DNA of 64,000 nucleotides from a virus: IMG/VR virus record IMGVR_UViG_3300045988_098562, positions 19,484 to 83,483 of that record; one strand, 5' to 3'. Shown piece by piece: positions 10,316 to 19,028 of this stretch (position 1 is its first letter; each line of letters starts with the position of its first letter). The notes under the pieces were generated by a model. It saw only the letters and a program-made list of their open reading frames with translations, ran no database searches and was not told where the DNA came from. The position numbers and the translations under genes were made by a program.

Positions 10316-12571
10316 ATGGGTGTCAAATGTCAGATAGAAAAAAAGGAAAATGAAATAAAACGGGTTAAGGCTCCTAACGGGGAGCCTTCCGTTCTTTACG
10401 AAAGTGCTTTAAAAGTATTAGGAAACAGCGAGCGGGCCCTTCAGGTATGGGCTAAGGCTTACACTCCTGGTTTTTTGTCGTATTACGGTCATTGGAATAA
10501 CCCGGCTCCAGGGGAGATGTTTAACACCGATTCCAATGGCGAACCTCTTTTAGAAGATGTGCTGTCGTATATGAAGCGTCAGACTTATTTTGCTGATCCT
10601 TTAACGGCTCAGGATGTTAAGGATGTAAGAGATGTTATGATATCCAATTCCATATATAGCATACGATCTCTTATTAATAGAGTTAGAAGCTCTTTTTATG
10701 TGGATGGTAATCTTATCCTAAATGAAGAAAATCTAAGGAGATCCGGCTTGTACAATGAGACAGAGATAAGTAGGATATTAGATAATCCTTCTGTACTTAA
10801 TGAGGTCAGCTCTTTTATGAGGTTATTATTAGATTATTCCAATAACGAACACGATCTCGGGAAAGAGTCTTACTTCACAACCGTAGAAAAACCATACGGT
10901 CCTGTTGTGTATAAAAATGGTGTCTTCAATAAATTAGGAAAGAGAGCATCATATAATCCGGCTGAAGTTTACGAGGTTATAAAAAATACAGTAGGAGGTA
11001 TTAGTGTTGCTTCAGAGTTTGATGCTGCTTTCGAATCTTTATCTGATTCATATCCGGAGTTAGTTGAAAGATATCAGTCGGATAAGAGTTTTGCCTTGTC
11101 GCTGTTCAACGAATTTTCGAATATGAACATCGTTCCGGTTGTGGCTTTAGAAGATAATAATATCGTAGAAGGGAAGAGACGGTCATTATCAAAGTTGCAA
11201 GATTATGCTTATTACAGCCCTATTGGATCTGAGTCATTACGAGCTCGTATATCAGCCTTTCTAAACAGGGTTAATGCTGATACAGAAGAAGACCTTAGAA
11301 GTATGATATGGGATGTAGAAGAGGCTTGTGTAGGTCTTGGTATAGATATCGTAGGCGTGTCTAAGGCATATGACGGAACAGAAGAATCGCTGAATAAAAT
11401 TGATAGCTTGATGCTGGATCTTGATATTTATGTAGCAAGGCGCAACGATGATACTTATGCTCCTACCTTAGCTTCTGCTATCGATGACGTTCTTGGAGAT
11501 AGCCAGGATCGCCGTGTTATGTTTCTGCCAGAGTATATGGATAATATGAATATCGTTTATATGGAATCTGACATAGATCCGGTATCGGCATTTGAAAATC
11601 ATTCTCTGCTTTATCTTGGTGGAAACCTATATCATAAGGTAGAAAGAGATAATTTAGGTGATTTGTACGATATAGCTGCCGAGCTTGCCAAGCGGAGTCT
11701 AACTTATTTCCCACCTGGTATCTATCCTGAATATTGTTTTAAGGATGGTGTTTTAGATAAGCTCCGCGTGAAAAACGTAGATAGTAAGGCCCTTGCTGAT
11801 TCTATTAAAAAATACGTCCTGTCTTATACCGATTCTCAGAATACGGAAGAGATGAATGCTACCAGATTGGCGTTCGGTCATCTTGTTGTTCCTGGAAGCC
11901 CGTATGTTAATGAAGAACGGGAGTTTAGCCGATACATAAACAGAAAGCAGGACAAAGAGAATCCTTTACTCTTATTCGATTTATACCAATCTTATCTTGA
12001 AAATAAGCTTCATAATACGGAAGTGTACGAAGGGGCATACAAGTATCTTGACTTTAAACCAGATCATTTACTGGGTCTTACCGTTTCAGATCCGGATACG
12101 TTAAAACAAATTGAACTATCTTTGGCAGGTAATGATCGTGAGCAGTTATTTGAGTATAGCATGAGCAGCACCGATCCTTCTTTTACAGATCTGTTCTATT
12201 TGGATTATTATGATATGTTATATGCCGGTTCTGATTTCTATCACGATCTTTTTACGAAACATCCTAATCTCTTAAATGAGGTTCGGGATCATAACATAAC
12301 TAAGCAGGATGATAATGTTATCGTAGAAGGTTTGTATGATAATTTTATCAGAATAGGAGACATGGTGTTCACTAAAGTTGGCGAAAGTAGTTCCGGCTCT
12401 ATCTACCAAAATCTAACAGGAACCGAATCGGAGGTGAAATACGATTCTACTCAGAAGGCTAAGACGGTAGAAACCGATTACGCTCCATACCAAAACAAAT
12501 CTGGCTTGACGCAAGATATGACCGTAAGCAAGTCTGAATTGGATGATCTTAATAAATTGGAATGCAGGTAA
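10316..12571 (+). CDS. hypothetical protein (751 aa), probable virion-associated
   Basis: Long uninterrupted ORF continuing the + strand large-gene block; followed by hairpin terminator. Confidence 0.6.
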   Translation: MGVKCQIEKKENEIKRVKAPNGEPSVLYESALKVLGNSERALQVWAKAYTPGFLSYYGHWNNPAPGEMFNTDSNGEPLLEDVLSYMKRQTYFADPLTAQDVKDVRDVMISNSIYSIRSLINRVRSSFYVDGNLILNEENLRRSGLYNETEISRILDNPSVLNEVSSFMRLLLDYSNNEHDLGKESYFTTVEKPYGPVVYKNGVFNKLGKRASYNPAEVYEVIKNTVGGISVASEFDAAFESLSDSYPELVERYQSDKSFALSLFNEFSNMNIVPVVALEDNNIVEGKRRSLSKLQDYAYYSPIGSESLRARISAFLNRVNADTEEDLRSMIWDVEEACVGLGIDIVGVSKAYDGTEESLNKIDSLMLDLDIYVARRNDDTYAPTLASAIDDVLGDSQDRRVMFLPEYMDNMNIVYMESDIDPVSAFENHSLLYLGGNLYHKVERDNLGDLYDIAAELAKRSLTYFPPGIYPEYCFKDGVLDKLRVKNVDSKALADSIKKYVLSYTDSQNTEEMNATRLAFGHLVVPGSPYVNEEREFSRYINRKQDKENPLLLFDLYQSYLENKLHNTEVYEGAYKYLDFKPDHLLGLTVSDPDTLKQIELSLAGNDREQLFEYSMSSTDPSFTDLFYLDYYDMLYAGSDFYHDLFTKHPNLLNEVRDHNITKQDDNVIVEGLYDNFIRIGDMVFTKVGESSSGSIYQNLTGTESEVKYDSTQKAKTVETDYAPYQNKSGLTQDMTVSKSELDDLNKLECR

Positions 12572-12614
12572 TTTTTGTATACATATAATATAGTTTTTTC
12601 ATAATTACGATTTG

Positions 12615-12647
12615 GAAAGTGAGGCTTGTGAAAGTCTCACTTTTCTC
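12615..12647 (+). terminator. rho-independent terminator (hairpin AAGTGAG-loop-CTCACTT followed by TTTTCTC)
   Basis: 7-bp stem with 12-nt loop then T-run, 45 nt after stop of 751-aa ORF. Confidence 0.5.
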
Positions 12648-12795
12648 ATATATGCACGTATATCAATAACATACAAGAAAAGTTAGATTTTCATTGTTTA
12701 TGAATTATTTTTATTAAGTTTGCAATATTAGTTTCAGGAAGGGATTATAGAAATAGGAAAAAGTAAGAACCGGACGTAACTAATAACAGTAGGAA

Positions 12796-12993
12796 ATGAG
12801 AATCAGTACCATCAAACGTAACAACAGCATTCATCTTATGTATAAAAACATTATGAATGATTTAGGTCAATTAAGAACTGTAGTTTCAAAATCCTATATT
12901 TATAATCTGATACAAAATCAAACCGGATTAAGTATCAGAACTATATCCCATGTCTTGAATCACACAAAAGAACAGGATACAGATTCTTTGTGA
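12796..12993 (+). CDS. small HTH DNA-binding protein (LacI-type HTH-like motif)
   Basis: 65-aa ORF; segment IYNLIQNQTGLSIRTISHVLN matches the LacI/GalR HTH pattern (T-I-x-D-I-A-x-x-A-G-V-S-x-x-T-V-S-R-V-L-N) at most conserved positions; sits alone in a 700-bp intergenic region. Confidence 0.35.
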   Translation: MRISTIKRNNSIHLMYKNIMNDLGQLRTVVSKSYIYNLIQNQTGLSIRTISHVLNHTKEQDTDSL

Positions 12994-13065
12994 AAACCAT
13001 ACATTTTCATACATTTGTGTGTTCTTTAGTTTTTAGATTTAAGTTTTTCATGGTATTAGTTTAGA

Positions 13066-13112
13066 TTAGTGTAGATCAGGGTTCGCAGTGATGCGGGCCC
13101 TGGTTTGTTTTA
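13066..13112 (+). terminator. putative terminator hairpin (CAGGG...CCCTG) followed by TTTGTTTT
   Basis: GC-rich stem then T-run about 75 nt downstream of the small HTH ORF. Confidence 0.3.
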
Positions 13113-13179
13113 AAAAGTATTAAAATATTTGTTATTTAAAATCCTGTTCCTATCTTTGTTCCAGAAACAATGAACAACG

Positions 13180-13249
13180 AGATCCCACCTCTGGTTGTTT
13201 GATGTTGAAAGATATTTTTGGCTCATTAGGGTTTGTCATAGTGGGATCT
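13180..13249. repeat. inverted repeat AGATCCCAC / GTGGGATCT (9 bp arms, ~52-nt spacer) immediately upstream of the AT-rich T5orf172 gene
   Basis: Perfect 9-bp inverted arms read directly from sequence. Confidence 0.4.
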
Positions 13250-13280
13250 GACATTCTCTTTTGGGCCTATTTTTTTTATT

Positions 13281-13934
13281 ATGGATAATACTTGTATTCC
13301 TTTTGTGTTAATAAACGACAGAAAAATGATTGACGCAAAACATGTTCATAAATTGTTAGAATGTAAGTATGATTTTAAACATTGGATTAAGGATGTAATA
13401 TCATCTTTTAATTTTAAGGATGGAATAGATTATATATCATATAGATATGATAATAATGGAGAACAAATAATAGATAATAATAGTCATGTATTTAGGCATG
13501 ACTATTATTTATTCCCCAAATCGATTCTGTGTATCATCTATATGAAGTGTGATAGATCTTTATTTAAAGATTTTATTTATGATATATTTGATTGTTGTAA
13601 TATTAAAAATGACGATCGGGTATTAGATATAATACATAGATCTATCGATAGGTATAATAAAAAATGTATAAAATATTTTACATATATAATAAGAAATAAT
13701 AATAATGGTTTTTATAAAATAGGTAAAAGCTCTGATGTAAAAAGAAGGCTATCTGGGTTGTCTATTGTAGAAGATAACTTAACATTAATAGCTTATGTGA
13801 ATAAAGATATAGAGAGCGAGCTTCATGCAAGATTTGATATCAAAGGGATATACAGAGAATGGTTCAACTTATCAGATTGCGATTTGAATGATATAATTGA
13901 TAAATATAAATTCAAGTTGTGTGACATGGCTTGA
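13281..13934 (+). CDS. T5orf172 (GIY-YIG-like) domain protein, possible antirepressor/Bro-N-like N-terminus; candidate selfish/homing element
   Basis: C-terminal segment GFYKIGKSSDVKRRLSGL...LIAYVN...ELHARF...REWF matches the T5orf172/MUG113 signature (YKIG-T/S, RRL, E..LH..F, EWF); gene is far more AT-rich than neighbours. Confidence 0.65.
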   Translation: MDNTCIPFVLINDRKMIDAKHVHKLLECKYDFKHWIKDVISSFNFKDGIDYISYRYDNNGEQIIDNNSHVFRHDYYLFPKSILCIIYMKCDRSLFKDFIYDIFDCCNIKNDDRVLDIIHRSIDRYNKKCIKYFTYIIRNNNNGFYKIGKSSDVKRRLSGLSIVEDNLTLIAYVNKDIESELHARFDIKGIYREWFNLSDCDLNDIIDKYKFKLCDMA

Positions 13935-14116
13935 ATTTTATTACAATAAAAAGTGATTAAGAGATGAGTCTATGGTGATATTTACTCATCTCTTCTTATT
14001 TTTCTGAAAATACTTCTCTTCTATAGGAAATAAACACACCCATATTCCACCCTGCAATCATGATCTTTGTTACGTGCTTCATGCACATATGTTTAACAAT
14101 TAAATACTATAAAATT

Positions 14117-15124
14117 ATGGGTGGTGATAAAATCGTCCTTTTAGATGGAGCCGGGGCTAACGGTGGTGGTGCAGCCACTAACGGTCTTCTTTCAATGATT
14201 CCCGGCATGTTTGCTAATTTGATAGGTGGTAATAAAATGGATCCGAATCTGGTGGCGGCTTTGATGAACGGTCGTAACAACCAGGACGGTTTCGGTGGGG
14301 CTAACGGTTGGTGGCTCTGGATAATTGTTTTGTTCTGGCTGTGGGGTGGACGCGGCTTCGGTAACGGTTTTGGAAATGGCGGTGATTGTTGCGCCAATGG
14401 TTTGCCGGCTCAGTTGAATAACGATTACGGTCGTGAACTTTTGATGCAGGCAATTCAAGGTAATCGTAGCGCCATAGATCAGATTGCTTCTGCTTTGAAC
14501 TGTTCTACTACTCAACTTCAGAACGCTATCTGCAACGTACAGGGTGCTATTGATAAAGTAGCTGGTCAGGTAGGTATGACTTCTCAGGCTGTTATCAACG
14601 CAGTTCAACAACAAGGTTGTGAAATAGGAAATCAAATCAGCTCTTGCTGCTGCAATCTGAGTTCGTTGATCAATCAAAGCACTTGCCAGACTCAGGGAAT
14701 GATTACTCAGCAAGGTTTTGATAACCAGCTTCGCACGTTGGAACAAACCAATATCTTACAGAATGGTCTCAACCAAGGTCTGGCTAACAATCGTGAGCAA
14801 GCTACAAGCCAATTCAATATCTTGTCTGCGAAACTTGACGCCCAAACCGTTATGATCAACGACAAATTCTGTCAGTTGGAAATGAGGGAGATGCAGAACA
14901 CTATTGCTCAACTTCGTGAAGAAAAAGCGGCTTTGACAGCTTCGGCATTATCTCAGCAACAAACCCAGAATATCGTTGGTCAATTACGCCCGACGGCCGT
15001 CCCGGCCTACCCCTCTTGTTCTCCTTACCAGGCTTATACTTGGGGACAGGTATTCGGAGGAGGTTGCTGTAATAACGGATGCGGATGTAACAACGGATGT
15101 TGCAATAACAACGCTGCTGTCTGA
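14117..15124 (+). CDS. Gly/Gln/Asn/Cys-rich membrane protein of unknown function (N-terminal GGxG repeats, TM helix WWLWIIVLFWLW, Q-rich coiled coil, C-terminal GGGCCNNGCGCNNGCCNNN)
   Basis: Long stop-free ORF in AT-rich DNA despite extreme composition; likely start ATG 14117 (MGGDKIVLLDG) rather than track start 14060; antisense ORFs on - strand are shadows. Confidence 0.55.
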   Translation: MGGDKIVLLDGAGANGGGAATNGLLSMIPGMFANLIGGNKMDPNLVAALMNGRNNQDGFGGANGWWLWIIVLFWLWGGRGFGNGFGNGGDCCANGLPAQLNNDYGRELLMQAIQGNRSAIDQIASALNCSTTQLQNAICNVQGAIDKVAGQVGMTSQAVINAVQQQGCEIGNQISSCCCNLSSLINQSTCQTQGMITQQGFDNQLRTLEQTNILQNGLNQGLANNREQATSQFNILSAKLDAQTVMINDKFCQLEMREMQNTIAQLREEKAALTASALSQQQTQNIVGQLRPTAVPAYPSCSPYQAYTWGQVFGGGCCNNGCGCNNGCCNNNAAV

Positions 15125-15147
15125 TTTTATTAAGAAAGGAGGCTAAT

Positions 15148-15561
15148 ATGGCTTGTGTTTCTAAAATAGGATCGTTGTATGAGATGGTTACGAAGAATGT
15201 TATTGTCAGTACGACAAATACAGTCTTCGGTATTAACCCACGGGCTTGGATCGCCCTTCCGTGTGAGGGTCTTATCCTTCTTAAGATAAGGCAAGTAGTC
15301 CCCACAGCCGGAAGTGCTCTACCGGTACAGATTGCGGTCCCGGCAAACAGCACAGTTTCAACAGTAGGAGCCGACACCTGTTGCCCGGTTACGGGAGTGA
15401 ATGTCGTGAACCCTATTAACGTAGCTGTCACGGGTGCTGCTATGGTAAATGGCACAGAACGCCTTCTGTACTTCAATAAAGTTCGTGGCGTGTTAAGATT
15501 AATGGATTGTTGTGTTCCAACAACAACAGCCCAGGCGTCTGAAGTTAAAGCAGGTAAATGA
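15148..15561 (+). CDS. hypothetical protein (137 aa, Cys pairs CC x2)
   Basis: ORF preceded by rare strong SD-like AAGGAGG; followed by strong hairpin terminator. Confidence 0.5.
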   Translation: MACVSKIGSLYEMVTKNVIVSTTNTVFGINPRAWIALPCEGLILLKIRQVVPTAGSALPVQIAVPANSTVSTVGADTCCPVTGVNVVNPINVAVTGAAMVNGTERLLYFNKVRGVLRLMDCCVPTTTAQASEVKAGK

Positions 15562-15566
15562 TTTCA

Positions 15567-15597
15567 GTAGGGTGATGAAGATCATCACCCTATTTTC
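15567..15597 (+). terminator. rho-independent terminator (TAGGGTGATGA-loop-ATCACCCTA + TTTT)
   Basis: 10-bp perfect stem followed by T-run directly after stop of 15148..15561. Confidence 0.5.
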
Positions 15598-15611
15598 ACC
15601 TAACTAATATT

Positions 15612-16106
15612 TTGATCATGTTTTCAGATTTGAAGAAAGGGTTTCAGGTACATACCCTTGATACTAATACAGTACCTAAATACGAATTGGGAAAGGTAGT
15701 AGCCGTATCCGAACCCAGGTATCTTCCTCCTCAGCCAGGTCAGTATCAGGCGATGCAGACCCGCGTGGTGGATCTGACGGTAGAGCTCACTGGCGAAACC
15801 AAGACCTATACGGTCCCGGAATCCCAGAATGTGGCTAAGGCTATGGGCATAACATTATCTACCAGCATAGATCCGATTATGAACGAGCTGAATGCCATAA
15901 AAAGCACCAGTCAGGAAATAATAGACAGCGTAGATGCCCATCGTGCCAAGATAGAGGCTTGTGAATCTATATTAGAAGATATCAATCCGGCATTCAAGCA
16001 AACGAGAGAGCAGGATCGTAAAATAGCTGGTATAGAAAATAAGGTGAATGACCTTACTGATTCATTCGAAGATTTAAAGAAGTTAATTGTAGAACGTTTG
16101 AAATAA
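15612..16106 (+). CDS. hypothetical protein (164 aa, C-terminal coiled coil)
   Basis: ORF with coherent codon usage in accessory island. Confidence 0.55.
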   Translation: MIMFSDLKKGFQVHTLDTNTVPKYELGKVVAVSEPRYLPPQPGQYQAMQTRVVDLTVELTGETKTYTVPESQNVAKAMGITLSTSIDPIMNELNAIKSTSQEIIDSVDAHRAKIEACESILEDINPAFKQTREQDRKIAGIENKVNDLTDSFEDLKKLIVERLK

Positions 16107-16113
16107 GTATAAT

Positions 16114-16482
16114 ATGATAGTATATGATTTAAATTCAGGACACAGAGAATATCCTGGATATGACGAGATAGAAGACAGACGAGGTGGAGGCAGAGGCAGA
16201 AGCCGGCGTTCTGATGGGACGTACATGGGGTACGGTGGTGGTATTTACGACCATTACGGTATGCATGAGAAGATGAAGGAAATGGAAGAACGCGAAAACG
16301 AGCTGGAAGAAAGGGAAAGAAGGCTTGAAGAGCGCGAACGTCGTCATGAAATGGAGGACCGGGAATACCGGAGGATGGGTTACGAATCCTACCCGACCGA
16401 TTACTATGGAGACGACAGATACTACGGTGACGGACCTCAGATGCGTAGAGGTCGCGGACGTGGCAGAGGTCGTTCTTATTGA
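16114..16482 (+). CDS. RG/RGG- and RE-rich low-complexity protein (122 aa)
   Basis: Sequence GGGRGRSRRSDG...EERERRLEERERRHE...RRGRGRGRGRSY; overlapping opposite-strand ORFs are shadows. Confidence 0.5.
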   Translation: MIVYDLNSGHREYPGYDEIEDRRGGGRGRSRRSDGTYMGYGGGIYDHYGMHEKMKEMEERENELEERERRLEERERRHEMEDREYRRMGYESYPTDYYGDDRYYGDGPQMRRGRGRGRGRSY

Positions 16483-16575
16483 GGAGCAGACGCAGAGGAT
16501 CCAGCTTATCAGAAATATGTAGATACTTACGGCTACCATTTTTCTAATGCTCTCGCTGATGAGGCGGTAAAGAAG

Positions 16576-16869
16576 ATGGTCAACGTCGATGGATCCAAGA
16601 GGATCTGGAAGCAGCCGGAAATAAAAGATATTTTTGAAAAGTGCGGAGCGAAGAAGCCGGATAAAGCGACATGGGGCGATGTCCAATATGTCTTTGCAAT
16701 GTACTATTCGGATGGTTTTCCGAAGGTCTTCAAATGTGAGAACGAGTTGGTGAAAGCTACGTTAATGTATTTGGATGATCCGGATGCTCCCGAAGGAGTA
16801 GCCTTTATAAGATGGCTTGCCGTGCAAGATTACCTCGGCGAAAAAATAAACTGGAAGGATCTGACCTGA
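16576..16869 (+). CDS. hypothetical protein (97 aa)
   Basis: ORF in + strand small-gene cluster. Confidence 0.5.
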   Translation: MVNVDGSKRIWKQPEIKDIFEKCGAKKPDKATWGDVQYVFAMYYSDGFPKVFKCENELVKATLMYLDDPDAPEGVAFIRWLAVQDYLGEKINWKDLT

Positions 16870-16973
16870 GATCCAGATCCAGGTCCTTCCGGTGGTGCGG
16901 GAGCCATAGTAAAAAATATGATTCCCGCATTCCCGTTTTTCCCGTTTGGAAAAAAAGGAATAAAAATATTATA

Positions 16974-17016
16974 CCGGTCGGCGGGCAATAGAATACCCGT
17001 GGCCGGTTTGTTTCAC
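16974..17016 (+). terminator. putative terminator (imperfect ACCGGTC...GGCCGGT hairpin + TTTGTTT)
   Basis: Imperfect GC-rich stem followed by T-run. Confidence 0.3.
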
Positions 17017-17027
17017 ATAACTTTTTT

Positions 17028-17210
17028 TTGGATATGAATATAGCACACGAATCTAAATCGAATAAAACCCCATTGTATTTAATAGGAGAGTTGATTGGCG
17101 TACCGAATACGGTTATGGACTCAGCATTGCATGAACTGAAAGATAGAATAGACAAAGACCCTAAATATAAAGATGTTAAAAATTGGCTCGAATCTTTACC
17201 CAAGATCTGA
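17028..17210 (+). CDS. hypothetical small protein (60 aa)
   Basis: Short ORF between two terminator-like hairpins. Confidence 0.35.
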   Translation: MDMNIAHESKSNKTPLYLIGELIGVPNTVMDSALHELKDRIDKDPKYKDVKNWLESLPKI

Positions 17211-17232
17211 ACCTATTTTTTTTCAATACCAG

Positions 17233-17268
17233 GCCCGATGCGATTTTAACGTATCGGGTTTTTATTTT
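17233..17268 (+). terminator. rho-independent terminator (CCCGAT-loop-ATCGGG + TTTTTATTTT)
   Basis: 6-bp stem, 13-nt loop, long T-run. Confidence 0.5.
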
Positions 17269-17338
17269 AATTCATATTGTTTTATTTTAAATCTAATTAA
17301 TTCATGAATGTCGTACTTTTGTTGAAAAAGTATTCTAT

Positions 17339-17566
17339 ATGGAAAATAAGGAAGATTACGTTGGTTACGAAGATCAAGAGCTGTGTAACCGGTATTACAA
17401 AGAGGCAGAAGCCATGAGGCAAAAGCAGGACTGGCCTCGGCTTAGGGCTGTCCCTGCTCCGGCTAAGGGAACCCCATCGCCCGGCTGGGGTCAGCTTGGA
17501 CGTGGAAATGGTGTCCGTGTTAAGTATGTGAGTATCAATTCAGGATTGGGAGGAGATAGGTTATGA
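17339..17566 (+). CDS. hypothetical protein (75 aa)
   Basis: ORF whose stop overlaps the start of the next ORF (ATGA). Confidence 0.4.
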   Translation: MENKEDYVGYEDQELCNRYYKEAEAMRQKQDWPRLRAVPAPAKGTPSPGWGQLGRGNGVRVKYVSINSGLGGDRL

Positions 17567-17781
17567 CCGTAGAAGAATTAGCCAGTAAAAGATACGGTGG
17601 CGAATTTGTTTTCATGTTTGGTCATCTTGAAGGTAGAACAAGATTCGTTTTTGAATGCTTTGATCCCAGACCTGATCACGAAGGTAAAAACACTTACATG
17701 GTTTCCTATTTTGAAAAGGGACTTCATAGAAGAGATGTGGTAGATGTGCCGTGTTATATGAATGTTTTGCCAAAATCATGA
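17563..17781 (+). CDS. hypothetical protein (72 aa)
   Basis: Start overlaps the upstream stop (translationally coupled). Confidence 0.45.
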   Translation: MTVEELASKRYGGEFVFMFGHLEGRTRFVFECFDPRPDHEGKNTYMVSYFEKGLHRRDVVDVPCYMNVLPKS

Positions 17782-17981
17782 AAACACTACTTTTAAATGT
17801 ACCTGTATTTTCCGGTAAGATTATTTCTCCTATATGGATTAAGGCTGTAAGAGATTTTCAATCCAGACCGAAGGAAGAAAGAGACTCGTATTGTTCGGTT
17901 TGTGGATGTACGGAAGGGTGTAACCTGTGCGATGATATAAGTAAATATAGGATTTATGAACAATTAAAATATTACAAATAA
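17751..17981 (+). CDS. hypothetical Cys-containing small protein (76 aa)
   Basis: ORF overlapping the upstream gene end. Confidence 0.4.
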   Translation: MLYECFAKIMKTLLLNVPVFSGKIISPIWIKAVRDFQSRPKEERDSYCSVCGCTEGCNLCDDISKYRIYEQLKYYK

Positions 17982-18111
17982 TGGAATTAAAAGATTTTAA
18001 AGATGTAATTAGAATGATGACAAAAGAAGAGTTCGAATCAACAATCAATGAAGATATTAAATTCGTTGAAAGATTCAAGTATTTTTTAAACATGATGATG
18101 CTACGAGGATA

Positions 18112-18753
18112 TTGGAACACATCGAGTCCGTGTTAAAAGCATCAGTGGACTACTACTATCCTAATCATTCTAAACCTGAAGCAGAACCAGGAGACATGGG
18201 AGAAGTTTCTGACGGATACCATACTTTCAATGAATTGTATCGGTACCGTATGTTGTATAATGCCGCCTTCTTTAATTTATTAGCCAGAAACGGACAGGTT
18301 GAAGTTTGCAAATCAAGGAGACACAGCGACGGAGAAAGATGCTTCGGTTCTGATGACTGGTTTATTGTGATGGCAATGTTACCCACTGGTCAGGTGTCTA
18401 ATCACTATGAAAGCAAATACTGGGATTTGTTTGATGTTCCAGAAAGAGAAACCGCTTTCGAATATGATGGCCATACACCAAATGAAGCCGCAGACAGACT
18501 TGAACAGTATCTTTTTCGAAAGAAATCGGGTTTAACATTTGAAGAAGCTTTTAAATTTTTGAAAAATGGTAATAATATCAAAAGGCATGGGTGGAAAAAT
18601 GAACATCTTGATGCTTTTAGAAAAAGTGGTGTTAGCTCAATTCATGTGGAAAAGTCATTGATCATAATTATAAATGAAGAAACACGGAGGCTGACATCGT
18701 GGAATCCAAGTATAGAAGATATATCGTCGAATGACTGGGAGGTTGTGAAATGA
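18112..18753 (+). CDS. hypothetical protein with DUF2829-like C-terminal motif
   Basis: C-terminal FEEAFKFLKNGNNIKRHGWKNEH resembles the phage DUF2829 signature (AL..G.K.R.GW); recalled, not computed. Confidence 0.5.
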   Translation: MEHIESVLKASVDYYYPNHSKPEAEPGDMGEVSDGYHTFNELYRYRMLYNAAFFNLLARNGQVEVCKSRRHSDGERCFGSDDWFIVMAMLPTGQVSNHYESKYWDLFDVPERETAFEYDGHTPNEAADRLEQYLFRKKSGLTFEEAFKFLKNGNNIKRHGWKNEHLDAFRKSGVSSIHVEKSLIIIINEETRRLTSWNPSIEDISSNDWEVVK

Positions 18754-19025
18754 GTTTGTTTGTTTGTTCACGATGTGGCTGTATAGATAATACAGCCACA
18801 TCGTATTACTGGGCTCTTACAAGACCTTGTAAGAATCGTATTTACGATAAGTCGCTAAAGGGATATGAAGGTAAGCCTCTTTGTTCTGAATGTGCTGCTA
18901 TTGAATATGATAAGGAAGACCAACTGGTGGTGGTTCCTGGAACGTGGCACGGTAAGTTCAAGAAAGAATGGCCTACTGAAGAAGAAAAGAAGCATATTGG
19001 TAAAAACGGTATTTTAAATTATTGA
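18750..19025 (+). CDS. zinc-ribbon protein (CSRCGC...CSEC)
   Basis: Two CxxC pairs; start overlaps upstream stop. Confidence 0.5.
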   Translation: MSLFVCSRCGCIDNTATSYYWALTRPCKNRIYDKSLKGYEGKPLCSECAAIEYDKEDQLVVVPGTWHGKFKKEWPTEEEKKHIGKNGILNY

Positions 19026-19028
19026 TTT

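Noticed and set aside
15125-15147. AAGGAGG Shine-Dalgarno before 15148 as evidence for a different host
   Set aside because: It is a single occurrence. Nearly all other genes lack an SD sequence, so it is insufficient to infer anything.
14107-15476. Minus-strand ORFs 14107..14397, 14192..14746 and 14901..15476
   Set aside because: They are Pro/Thr/Val-rich antisense translations of the Gly/Gln-rich gene, with no independent start context.
16135-16686. ORFs 16135..16686 (-) and 16325..16522 (+) overlapping the RGG-protein gene
   Set aside because: They are mirror and alternate-frame products of the GA/CG-rich repeat. The + frame encoding the RGG/RE protein is the coherent one.
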